This document shows positions 12,505 through 25,711 of a stretch of DNA of 64,000 nucleotides, piece by piece. The DNA comes from the human T2T-CHM13v2.0 reference genome, Homo sapiens. The stretch's first letter is position 1, and the number at the start of each line of letters is the position of its first letter. The notes under the pieces are model-generated. The model saw nothing but the letters and a program-made list of their open reading frames with translations. It had not been told where the DNA came from and searched no databases. The translations under genes and the position numbers were made by a program. The stretch is taken from the NCBI RefSeq assembly GCF_009914755.1, contig NC_060931.1; one strand, 5' to 3'.

Positions 12505-12918
12505 TTTTCCTTGGTTCTAATGGGGTACTGGGAGATCAGTGCCCCACACCCCTCTTCTCCAGCCCGCCCTGCTCCACTGACTTCACCACTGCACAGAACC
12601 TCAGACTAGGATTCTTCCCTGTAGTGTACCTACTCCAGCTTGGAACCAAGAGGCAGCCACATCGGTTTAACTATTTCTTAACACTGGAGACAAGAGTTGT
12701 ATTTTTAAGGATTAGCATTAGTAAATTAGAGCCAAAAAAGAAATTGAAAGAAAATGTGATTAGTTTGGAGCAAATGGTTGTTAGAAGCAATCTGTTATTT
12801 AATTGTTCACAGTCCTCACTTATTATTCCTCCTCATTAGCCTGTCTGAAGAGCTGGAACCTCAGGGTATCTTTGGGAATTTCCCTGTTTCCGCTTCTGTT
12901 ACCTCCTCCCTTTCCCCA

Positions 12919-13009
12919 GGGTTAGTGCTGGAATTAGTTAAGACTTTTGGGTTGGTGCTGGAATTAGTTAAGACTTTTGGGTTGGTGCTGGAATTAGTTA
13001 AGACTTTTG
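12919..13009. repeat. 30-bp tandem repeat, 3 copies
   Basis: Unit GGGTTGGTGCTGGAATTAGTTAAGACTTTT; copies 2 and 3 identical, copy 1 has one substitution. Confidence 0.97.
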
Positions 13010-13429
13010 TGGCTCTTGAGATGGGGCTGTTGGAGGGGCGAATGTAGTTCTCTCTGTCAAGCAAGGTTTTCAAAAAAATCCTTGATTAGCGGGAACCTGA
13101 TGTTCGTTACACACAGAATCATATTCACTTGGAGAAGCAGCAGCTGTTAGAGTGTCACGGGCTAGGAGCCTTTGATCATCCAGGCTGCTCATATGGGCAG
13201 AGGATCTTCTGGAAGCTGCCAATTGGGTTCTCTTGCATAAATATATCTTTTTAACAATGCCTGTTGAGATTCTTTAATTGGGGAATTGATAATAGAACAA
13301 AAAGATTAATGTAAAATGATTCTAGAATGATGCCCACATGAAGTTTACTATAACAAATTAAGCAGGATTATGCAAATTAAGAGAGATGTATTAACTTTAG
13401 TTTTCATTTATAATGATAATGTATGATTA

Positions 13430-14080
13430 TAATAAAGCATTTTTATATATACAGAAAAATATATAAAATTTATCTGCAAATCCGTCATGTTTAGATAACC
13501 ACGTTAAGACCATATATAGAGATTGTAATGTGTATTTTATACATAATCTTCTAGTTTGCTCTTTTTCATTCAACACTTAAGCAATAGCATTTTCTCATGT
13601 CATCAAAACCATTTGAAAATATGCCTTTGATTTCCAAAAACCATATGGAAACTACCATATGGAAAATATCATAATTTAAAAATAATTATCTTACCCTTGA
13701 ACATCTGGAATGTTTACAAATTTATTATAAATAAGGATGAATTTTTTACACAGTCTTCCTTCAAATCTATGATTATAACTTTAACCTGGGGTGAAATTAT
13801 GTAATCAATAGTTATGAATTTAAATACTTTTTTGGAAATATTGTTCTAAATTTATTTTCAGTGAGGTTTTCCCAATTTGTTAAATTGCTTTTCAGCAAGA
13901 TTTGACTCATTTGCATTCCTAACCTCACTCACCTAAGAGGGCCAGCCTCTCTACACCTGAGTATTATTATTGCATTCATAAATACAATAACTGCTGGCAA
14001 AAAAAACCCCATCATGTTTTAACCTGCATTTCCTTGATACACGTAAAGATTGAACATTTATTTTAAATGACCTAGTTGTA
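13430..14080 (-). mobile_element. Ancient L1M fragment
   Basis: Degenerate antisense L1M 3' sequence (e.g. TTTTAACCTGCATTTCCTTGAT). Confidence 0.5.
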
Positions 14081-14327
14081 TTTTTCTTTTTTATTTTGAG
14101 ACGGAGTCTCACTGTGCTGCCCAGGCTGGAGTACAGTGGTGCAATCTTGGCTCGCTGCAACCTCTGCCTCCTGGGTTTGAGTGATTCTTCTGCCTCAGCC
14201 TCCTGAATAGCTGGGACTACAGGTACATGCCACCACATCCGGCAAATTTTTGTATTTTTAGTAGAGATGAGATTTCACCATATTGGCCAGGCTGATCTTG
14301 AACTCCTGACCTTGTGATCCACCTGCC
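14081..14327 (-). mobile_element. AluS lacking about 50 bp of its 5' end
   Basis: Alu body stops at CCACCTGCC; no TSD seen. Confidence 0.92.
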
Positions 14328-14744
14328 TATGTTGGAAAAATTTCCAACATAGAGAAAAACTGAAAGAAAATATAATGATCAACTATATACCCATTGCCTA
14401 GATTCAATAATTGCCAACATTTTGCTTCATTTAGCCTGGGCTCAGAGCCACCAGATGTCAAAGCTGTTTGCAAAGTTGTCCTACACAGGTATGGCTGTCT
14501 TCTTCTGCGGATCCCTGGTTGAATATTGTATTTGTTCAACTCAGGTTAGGCTCTAGAGTGGCCTCTGCTGCTTTCAGGTGTTTATTTTCCAACTTCATGT
14601 CAACTGAAATCTTTAGTAGTCTCTGTCTTGTAGCCATGCTGTAGAAATGGACTCTGCATGATTATTTGTTCTCAATATTGGCTTCTTCTTCTTCTTGTTC
14701 TTTCTTTTTATTTAAATGTGAGAAAAGATATTTAAGCAGCCACT

Positions 14745-14930
14745 AGTCAGGTACAGTAGTGTGTGCATGTAGTTTCAGCTATTTGTGCTGGGACTGCATG
14801 TGAACACCACTGTATGCATTGAGGCAGCAGGGCCACTTGAGCCCTGGAGTCTAGAGGCTGTAGTGCATTATGATCATGCCTGTGGTAGCCACAACCTGGG
14901 CAACTTAGTGAGATCCCATCTCTTAAAAAG
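14745..14930 (+). mobile_element. Degenerate Alu monomer (FRAM/AluJ-like)
   Basis: CACTTGAGCCCTGGAGTCTAGAGGCTGTAGTG...AACCTGGGCAAC. Confidence 0.65.
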
Positions 14931-15055
14931 AATATTAAGCCACCACCATTATTCTATGGGAAATCTGGAAATGTCTGTCTTTCTGTTGATTTGTAAATCT
15001 CCTTTATACATAAAGAGGATTAGCCAGATATCACAAATAGTACTCTTTCTGCTTA

Positions 15056-15363
15056 TCTTTTTCTTTCTTTTTCTTTTTTTTGAAACAAGGTCTGGCTCTG
15101 TCGCCCAGGATGGAATACAGTGGTATAATCTTGGCTGATTGCAACCTCCACTTCTCAGGCTCAAGCCATCCTCCCACTTCAGCCTCCGAAGTAGCTAGAA
15201 CTGCAGGTGCACCACCATCACGCCCGCTCATGTTTGTATTTTTTTGTAGAGATAGAGGTCTCGCCATGTTGCCCAGGCTGGTCTCTAACTCCTAGGTTCA
15301 AGTGATCCATTCATCTCGGCCTCCCTAAGTGCTGGGATTACAGATGTAGGCCACCACAACCAG
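15056..15363 (-). mobile_element. AluJ
   Basis: GCTCAAGCCATCCTCCCAC, TGTAGAGAT, TTGCCCAGGCTGG J-type positions. Confidence 0.9.
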
Positions 15364-16026
15364 TTACTCTGCTTATTGTTTCCTTGTAAAATTATGCTAA
15401 TAATTTAACACATCAGACTTTTAAACTTATTTGTCAAATTACTGTCAGATGTCAAATTAATGGGTAATTTTTGTGATATTTTTTATTTTTTACATGTGTG
15501 AGAAAGCATTTCCTGCCCAGAGATTAGGTCACTATTTGGTGAGATTTTCTGCCGATTTTCTCTCTCTCTTTCACTTATAATCTTTTAAAGGATCTGAAGT
15601 ATTAGTGGTCTATAGAATACAGCAAGAATCTTCAGAGGCTTTTTCCCCCAAGTAGTTATTTTTCCACATATTTGTCTCATAAAAATTTGCTTCTTCAGTG
15701 ATTTATGATCTTTCTTTACCATATGATTAAGTTCTTATTAATGTATACTAGGGTCTATTTCAGAGATATGCACAGGGTTGTAAGGTTATTTATTATGGCA
15801 TTATTTATAGTAGTGTAAATTGGAAAAAAAAACAACTTAGATTTTAACTTAGCAATTATGTTACCACTGCCCAATGTAATACTATGTTGCAAAGATAATG
15901 TTACAGAAGTGTATGTATTGATACATAAGGTTGTTTAAATTGTATTGTTAGGGACAAATGCAGTTTTTATATGTGTATGTATGTATGCCTATATGTATAA
16001 GCCTATGTTTTAAAACATTTATTTCT

Positions 16027-16395
<369 letters not shown>

Positions 16396-16716
16396 TTATA
16401 ATCTTTGAGAGTTGGAGTTCTGGTTAGATTATTATTCTTATCTATATTCCTTGATTTTTCTACAATAAATATGTAATATTTGTAAAGCAATGTTATTTTG
16501 TTTCTGTGAAGTAATCATAACTAGATTAACATTTTACTAAATTTCATTCCTGTGTATAGGATTAGATTCTGCTTTGGGTACATTTATAATCATACTTAAT
16601 TAACCTCTGGATCTGAGGAAAAGGCTTAATTTAAGGGCTATTTTTTGTTCAACCATAGAATTATTATGATAATGAGAAATAATAATTCATAATGAAACTG
16701 TCTATTTTAAAGCCTT

Positions 16717-16991
16717 AGCCAGGCATGGTGGCACATATTTGTAGTCTCAGCACTTTGGGAAGCTTAGGCAGGAGGGTGACTTGAGGCCAGGAGTTTCAGA
16801 CCAGCCTGTGCAACACAGCAAGACCCATCTCTACAAAAGAAAAAAAAACCCACAAAAAAGTAGCCAGGCATGGTGGTGCTGGCCTGTAGTCCCAGCTACT
16901 TGAAGTGGGTGCTGAGGTGGGATACAGTGAGCTATGTGATGCACTCCAGTTGGGGCAACAGAGCAAGACCCCATCTCAAGAAAAAAATAAA
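16717..16991 (+). mobile_element. AluJ with right-arm deletion
   Basis: Diverged dimer with A-rich linker and tail. Confidence 0.85.
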
Positions 16992-18066
16992 AGTCTATCA
17001 CTAGGCCAGGGGGTATGTATCCTCACCAATTTTGAGTGGAATAGACACAGCCAATTCAATTGGTTCTGGGACTTTAGGGTGATTTATCTTCTCAGACTTT
17101 ACTGGTACATTGGGAGTGGGTCTCTTGACCACCCCTCAGGATAGGTGCTGGCTTCTACCATTCCAGCAAGATCCTTGTGTTGGGTTTTCATTAATTTTTT
17201 TTTTTTTTTTTGTCAGTGAAGATATGTCTCCAAGAATAGTTTTTTCAAGGTAAGCCCTCATATATCTAATAATATCATTCTGTTGTCTTCACATATGGAA
17301 AGAAACTTAGCTATGCATAAAATTCTTGAGACACAACCTTTTCCCTTCAGAATCCTGCAGCTGTTGCAGCCTTGTCTTCTAGTGGAATTGGCTTCCTTTT
17401 TAGATAGCCTATAATTTCTTTCTGGCAGTTCTTAAGAAAAAGAGTTTTATTTTTTTTAAACAAATCCATCTTATTCAAATATTCTGTGAGTATATATTTA
17501 GGTGTGCATCTATGTTTCTCAATTCTGTCTGGTACAAGTATAATACTTTCTGTCTGCATAAAACAGAATTGGACTTTTTTGGTTCATTTATTTTTCTTGA
17601 TGTACTCTCTGCAATTACGTGTTTGTTGCTTCTTTACAATGCCCTGGTTTCTTCCTTAATACAAACTATAATTATACATTGAGTCCATACTTTTTGTTGG
17701 TTGCTGTTGCTTTTGTTTCTTTTGTCCTCCATTTTTTTGTCTTACCATTTCATTTGCTTTGTCCTTTCTCTGAATTCTGGGAGAGCAGTTAAAATTGTCT
17801 TCTGTATCAATGATTGCAGTGACCTTAGCATCATTTATACTCTATCAGTGCTAATGATGTATTTATGGCTTCCTCTTACATATTTACTTTTCTGGGATTA
17901 ATTTCTTACAGGATCCAGCTTGATTTTTTTTCAATGTTTTTCACTGCTTTTTAACTTTGTTGTCTTTCTTTAGACGTTCTGTTCTTTCACAGAAGTCAAG
18001 GTTTTCTGATGCTATTCAGGAAGCTTTTTTGTTTTTTTTTCCATTCTAGTTCAAGTAAAGAATCAT

Positions 18067-18305
18067 GTAAATGATGAGAACACATGGACATACAGAGGGA
18101 AACAACACATGCTGGGGCCTTTTGGAGGGTGGAGGGTGGAGGGTGGGAGGAGGGAGAGGATCAGGAAGACAACTCGTGGGTACTAGGCTTAATACCTCGG
18201 TGATGAAATAATCCATACAACCAATTCCCATGACGCAAGTTGACCTATGTAACAAATCTGCACTTGTACCCCTGAACTTAAAACAAAAGTTAAAAAAAAA
18301 AAAAA
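18067..18305 (+). mobile_element. L1PA13-16-like 3' end (heavily 5'-truncated)
   Basis: GGGTACTAGGCTTAATACCT..GGTGATGAAATAATC, poly-A, imperfect TSD AA(A/G)GAATCA. Confidence 0.88.
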
Positions 18306-19798
18306 GGAATCACATTCAGAGACTTTCTCTTAAGTCTTTAGCATGAATGAATTCTGCTTTTCCTTTTAGTGCTCTGTTTTTATTTTTGTTTTGTTGTTTC
18401 TCCATAGGTGCCATTATTTATTTCATGGTAGAGCTTACTGCAGAGACGGTAATTGTTCTTAGCCCCAACAGCTGTTCACTGAGGTGCTGGTTTCATGCTT
18501 CCCCGAGATGTACAGCTGGATGGAAGCTTGATGGCCATGTTTCTAATTTAATTTCTGATATCCAACTGATTCTCCTATTTTGTGATATTTCTAAACTGAG
18601 TTGAAAAGTTTTTCTAGACTGCAGGTTACAGAGTTAGGCTACAGGCTGTCAAAGTTTGTTATTTGGCTAGCACAGTATTTTTGATCTGTTTCATTTTATT
18701 CTTAAAGATTTGGTATTTTTCTTTTAATTAGTTTAAATGCATGAAAGGCAAAGATATTCAACATAAACAAAGGCAAAGATATTAAACATAAAAACATTTT
18801 TATGTTTATATACACATGTTTCACCACTACTCAGGTGAAGATATAGGCTTTGTGCCTCTTCCCAATCAATAGCTCTCTTTCTAGCAGTAACCAGTGTTCT
18901 GACTTCTTTCTACAATCAGTTTGCCTGTTCTTGAGCTTTTCTAAAGTGGACTCATGTAGTATGTACTCAGTTGTGTTTGGCACTTACAATTCACCATTAT
19001 CTTAGGGATATTAATTTATTTTGGCACATTTAGCAGTAGTTTGTTCTTTTTCATTGCTGTATAATATCACATTGTTAGGAAATGTCACAATTTGTTTCTC
19101 GTGTCTTCTGTTGATGGGCATTGAGGGCTTCCATTTTGGTGCTCTTATGAATAAAGGTGTTATGAACATCCTTGTATGTTTTTCATGTTGGATATTACCA
19201 TTCACTTCTCTTTAGTATATACCTGGGAGCGCAAGTGATGCATTGGGAATGTGTGCACAGTAATTTTGTTGCCATTTTTAATTAAACTTTTAATTTTGAG
19301 ATAATTGTAGATTCACATGCAGTTGTAAGAAATAATACAGACAAATCACAGGTACTGTTAACCCAGTTTCCACCAATGGCAACATATTGCAAAACTATAG
19401 TACAACATTACAACCCAGATGTTGACATTAATGCAGTCAAGATTCAGAACACTCCATCACAGAAAATGTTCCTCGTGCTGTCCATTTGTAGTCACACCTA
19501 CTTCCCTCCCACTTCTCCCTCCTTAAACCTTGGCAACCACTACTCTGTTCCCCATTTCAATAATTTTTTCATTTCAAGAATGTTATATAAATGAGTATGC
19601 AACTTCTCGAGGTTGGTCCTTTTTACTCAGCATAACTCTCTAGAGATTCTTCCAAGTAATTGTGCTTGTTGATAATTTGTTGCTTTTTATTGCTGAGTTG
19701 TGTTTCTTGGTAGGGAGGCACCACAGTTTGGTAAACATTTGCCTACCAAAGGACATCTGAGTTGCTTATGGTTTTTGGCTGTTAAGAATAAAGCTGTT

Positions 19799-20096
<298 letters not shown>

Positions 20097-21373
20097 AAGA
20101 ATAAAGCTGTTATGAGTATTTGTGTACAGATTTTTGCAAGAATGTACATTTTTATTTTTGGAGAATAAATGCCCCAGAATGCAATTGCTGGGTTGTATGG
20201 TAGTTACATATTTAGTTTATTAAGAAACTGCAAAACTATTTTCAGGAGTAGTTGTACCATTTGAAACTCTCATCAGCAATGTACAAGTGATCTAATTTCT
20301 CCTTGCCAGCATTTGTTGTTGTCATTATTTTTTATTTTAGCCAGTCTGATAAATGTTTAGTGCTATCTCTTATAATTTTAGTGTGAATTGCCCTAAATGG
20401 CTAATGACATGGAACATCTTTTCTTGTGCTTATCGTCGTTTGCATATCCTCTTCAGTGAAATGTCCCTTCGGGTCTTATGCTCCTTTTCTGTTTTTTAAC
20501 TGTTGAGTTTTTTAGAATTCTAGATACTATTTCTTTAACATATATATGGTTTGCAAATATTTCCTCCCACCCTGTAGCTTGTCTTTTCATCTACTTAACA
20601 GGGCCTTTTACTGAGCAAAAGATTTTAATGTTGATGAAATCCAGTTTATCAATTTCACCTCTTATGGGTCGTACCTTTGGTGTCAAATCTAAAAAGTCTG
20701 CCTAGCACTAAATCCTGAAAATGTTACCTGTTTTAAATAAATTTGTATTGTTTTACATTTTCCATTTAGATCTATGATCCATTTGAGTTAATTTTTTGCA
20801 CAAGGTGTGAAGTTTAGGTCGAAGTTCAATTTTTTCACTTATGGTTGTCCAATTGCTCCAGCATTATTTGTTTAAAAAGTTATCCTTCCTCCATTGAATT
20901 GCCTTTGCACCTTTGTAAAAAATCAGTTGGAAATATTTGTGTGGATCAATTTCTGAGTTCTGTGTTGTGCTCCATTGTCCTATGTGTCTATCCCTTTGCC
21001 CACAGCATACAGCGTTGGTTACTGTAGTTACTATAGTTATATTAATATAATACATCTTGAAATTGGATAGACTAATTTCTCCTACTTTTTTCTCCCTTTT
21101 CAAAAATTATTTTAGCTATACATGTTCCTTTGCCTTTTCACATACATTTTATAATAATCTTGTCTATACTTAAACAAACTTTTGTTGAGATTTGCATAGG
21201 AAATATGTACATCATTTTGGGGGCAATTGACATCTTCACTCCATCAAATCTTCCAATTCATGGGCATTTTCATCTCCTCATTTATTTACATACATTTATA
21301 TTTATTTCATCAACATTTGGTGGTTTTTAGAGTATAAGCCTTGCACATATTTTATTAAATTTACACCTAAGTT

Positions 21374-21683
<310 letters not shown>

Positions 21684-21849
21684 TCACGCTGAAGTATTTT
21701 ATTTTTCTAAGCCAATACTATCTTAATCGGTGTTGTGTGTTGAATTTCAGTACCCTACATTTGGCCATTTGGATTTGTTCATTGGTAAATCTTTTTTAAT
21801 ATTATTCTCTTGTCTCTCTTTAAACCAATCTTTCAAATTTTCAAATTCT

Positions 21850-23060
21850 TTTTTTGTTGTGTTTTCATTTTTATACAATTTAGGTTACAAAAGTTGCCAA
21901 AATATTATGAATAGTTCCTATATACCCTTCACCCTGCTTACCTAAATGATAACAAATTTCTCATAATCACAGTACAATTATCGAAACCAGGAAGTTAGCT
22001 TTGATATGTTACTATTCATTAATCTACAGACTTTTTTCAAATTTTTCCAATTGTAAAAACTTAGTATTGTCCCACTACTGCTCTTTTCCAGGATCCAGTC
22101 TAGGATCCCACATTTCATTTAGTTTTCATTTCTTCTCTAGTCTGGAAGAGTTCCTCAGTGTTTCTTTCCTTTCATGGCCTTGACAATATTAAAGGGTATT
22201 GGCCATTTAGTTTCACCTCTTGTAAATTTATATGTAAACACACACATAACACACATATACACTTTAACTTAAATATAAACACACCTATAGCTAAATATAG
22301 AGCTCACAATCAATAATAAAGTAACTGTCCTTTGTTTTTATTTTATGGAAGACATAGGCTCTGTGTTCAACCTCAAGAATCTCTGCTTTTTAAATTTTAG
22401 AAGAAATTTTAAAATATCAGTCATTGATCTCCTTTCTTTCTTCTTTCTCTCTGCATCCTTCCTTCCTTCCTTTTTTCTTTTCGTTTTCCTTTTCCTTCCT
22501 TCATTTTACGATATAGATCATTGCTTTAAAAATATAAAAGATCAATCAATTTCGATAAGACAATTGCACTCATCTATACATATTTAAGTGGATATATTGT
22601 CTACTCTCAGTCTTCTTTCAGGTATAATTCTTTCATTTTTGATTTCTTTCATTTATTTTATTTACTCTGTTACACTGTTCAAGAAATGTTCCTGTGTTTT
22701 ATTTTTTTAACTTTTGAAATGGAAACTTCCAACCATACAGAAAAGTAGAGAGGATAGTATGATGAACTCCCAGGTACTCATCACCCAACATCATCAATTA
22801 TCACTGTATTTTTCTGAATCATTTTAAAGCAAATCTCTACATATTATTGTACCCAGAATTACTTCAGTATGTGTTGGTAATAGAGATTATTTTTACCATA
22901 ATTACCATATCATATTATACCTAATAAAAGAAGCAATACTACTTTTATATCACTTAATATTTAAATTCCATAAAGTACATATTTAAATTCTCCAATTCTC
23001 TCAAAATATCTCTTTTACAATTGGTTTGTTTGAATCAGCATCCATACAAATTTGACACAA
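21850..23060 (-). mobile_element. Ancient L1M 3' fragments
   Basis: CCAGGATCCAGTCTAGGATCCCACATT and ATACAGAAAAGTAGAGAGGATAGTAT motifs. Confidence 0.6.
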
Positions 23061-23229
23061 TGCATTGGGTTATAATTCTAATTCTCTCTTTCTCTCTCTT
23101 TTTTCTTTTAATGATGCCCTTGTTTCCTTTTGTGAAGCCATTGATATTTTGCAGATACAAAGTTATTTATAGCATGGAAAATTCTACATTCCATAATTGG
23201 TTCATTGTATGATCATAGTATTGTTAACT

Positions 23230-23955
23230 CGTTCCTCTGTCTCTGTTTATATAACAAATTACCACAAACTCAACAGCTCAAAACAACACACATTTATTAT
23301 CTCACTCTTTCTGTGGATCAGAAGTCCAGGCATGACCTAGAGAGATCAACTCAGGGTTTCACAAAGCTGCCATTAATGTGTTGGCCAGGTCTGGGTTCTT
23401 ACCTGAGGCTCAGCTAGGGAAGCATCTGCTTCTCCACTTGTATGGTTGTTGATAGCATTCAATCCCTTGCAGCTGAAGGATGCATAGCAGTTTGCTCTGT
23501 TGAGAAGTATAAGAATGAGAGATTTTGGTTGCAGGCAATAGAGGCCAACTCCCAATAATTTAAACAAAAGAGCAATTTATTGGCAGGATTTCAATGGTTA
23601 ATAGTACTGACAGGAATCCTGCAATGAAGATTAGGTCAGAAACAAGGTAGAAACCAGGGCTACTCTCTAGCTACGTGCACCAGGAATTGGTAACAGTCAC
23701 ATCACGGTGCTGGTGCTGGAAGGAAGCAACTCCAGCTATGACTTTTCATCTCAGATTATTCTGCTCAAGATTCAAACCCCCACATCAGAGCCTTAGCCTG
23801 GCTTGGAAAGGTCAGGCAGGGCACAGTGATTCACATCCTCACCAATCTGGCACACCACAGGGAAAAGAAGGTTTCCTAAAAGGTAAAAGGAGTGCAATTA
23901 CTGAAATGAAAATGAGGGGAAACAGAGTTGCAAAAAACAGCAAAAGTCCGCTACA
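23230..23955 (-). mobile_element. Two MaLR (MLT1) LTR fragments
   Basis: ATAACAAATTACCACAAACTCAACAGCTCAAAACAAC (23250) and TTTTGGTTGCAGGCAATAGA..CCAACTC (23520). Confidence 0.6.
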
Positions 23956-24224
23956 AACCTTTAACTGGCTATCTTAACTGTAATTGGAAGGAGCCATGCT
24001 GTGTGGCCTTGCTGAGTTGTCAGGGGGAAGTGCAGAGAATCAGTGCTTCCCTCTGGCATCCTTTGCTCCTATCTGTCTCTGCCAGCAAGTACCATTTTTT
24101 AAAAGCTTGGATTGCTTTATCAATAACCAATGCTACCAGTTAACATCCTGCACTCTGTTTCATCTGAGTGCACTTTCTAGTGTCCTTTCTGTATTTGGGG
24201 TTGTTACATATTCCAGATGGACTC

Positions 24225-24395
24225 TTTTTTTTTTTTTACTAATTTTTAAAAACTATCATATAATAATTATGTATATGTATGAAGTACAATGTAATGTTTT
24301 GATCTATGTACACACTATAGAAAAGATTCAATCAGGCTAATTAATATATTCATCCACCCCACCAGCTTATTGTTTTGGTGGTGAGGATGTTAAAC
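24225..24395 (-). mobile_element. L1MA 3' end fragment
   Basis: Poly-T then AATAATTATGTATATGTATGAAGTACAATGTAATGTTTTGAT. Confidence 0.7.
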
Positions 24396-24499
24396 GGTTA
24401 TGATATATCTTTACATATCCATGTTTGTCATGTATGATCTACTGTCTGTGATGGCCAATGAGATCCTCAGATCATTTGATGAGATATCCAGAAAGGGTG

Positions 24500-24800
24500 C
24501 TCACAACTCCCCTTCTCCTCCTCCAGGACAAACGTCACCTCCTCAGAAAGTCCTCCTGTGCCACAGTATCTAAGTAGATCACTGTATCTATCACCCCACA
24601 CTGCTTAGTTTCTTTGTAGCTTTTATCACAAGCTGACAAAATTTTGTTTATTTATGTAAGTGCTTATTTTCTGGCTCCCTCCATGAGCGTAGCCACACGC
24701 TCCTTTTTCTTACCTTCTATCCCTGGCATTTAACCCAGGGCCCTGCACATTGGAGATGATCCTGTGACTTGAATGAATGAATGAATGAATGCGTGAGTGA
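24500..24800 (+). mobile_element. L2 3' fragment with (TGAA)n tail
   Basis: GTCACCTCCTCAGAAAG...TGAATGAATGAATGAATG. Confidence 0.7.
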
Positions 24801-25343
24801 GTGAGTGAGGTAGGAACAAATACGCAGTTTTTTATCACATTTCACCCTTTCTCTTAGTAAGACAGTTTTAGTTTTAAGTCTCTGGTCTAACACAAAGAAA
24901 AGCAACACACTCTACAATTGAATTTGGAAAGCCAGTTTTAGTTTTTAGGCAAATCATTGGTTTTGTTCAAAGAATTAATACATAAAACATAATACACAAT
25001 ATATAAAAACATAATGCATAACTCTTGATTTCCTGGTATAAAATGCAGGATTGAAAACATTTGCATGTACTTGCTGAGGTCATGCTGCCCTTCTATGTTT
25101 TATAAACTGCTATTCATCCCTTTATACCTCCTGTTTTTTCTTTCTAAATGCTGCAATAATTTGAGTTGTTCACTATATAATCATAGTCAATAAAATAATT
25201 TTGACAGATTTTCTAACTGCACTCTGCACTGATTAAAATAAAAATAAAATGCTCTAACATCTTGGAAGGCTGAAATGTATTATATATTATTCATTACTTA
25301 AAGGCAATAATGATTGTGACTTTAGTCCCACCAAATTACTGTC

Positions 25344-25711
25344 TGATATGGTTTGGCTGTGTCCCCACCCAAATCTTGTCTTGAATTGTAGCTCCCATAA
25401 TTCCCATGTGTTATGGGAGGGACCTGGTGGGAGATAATTGAATCATGGGGGCAGTTTCCCCCATACTGTTCTCGTGGTAGTGAGTGAGTCTCACAAGACC
25501 TGATGATGTTTGTAAGGGGTTTCCCTTTTCACTTGGCTCTCATTCTCTTTGTGCCTGCTGCCATATAAGACGTGCCTTTGTTCTTCCCTTGCCTTCTGCC
25601 ATGATTGTGAGGCCTCCCCAGCCACGTGTGAGTCCATTAAAATTCTTTTTCTTTATAAATTACCCAGTCTTGGTTATGTCTTTATCAGCAGTGTGGAAAC
25701 AGACTAATACA
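25344..25711 (+). mobile_element. THE1 (C/D-like) solo LTR
   Basis: TGATATGGTTTGGCTGTGTCCCCACCC...AGACTAATACA; flanks CTGTC and CCATC. Confidence 0.93.

Noticed and set aside
12919-13009. 30-bp repeats as a CRISPR-like array
   Set aside because: Head-to-tail copies with no spacers, no cas genes, and primate DNA
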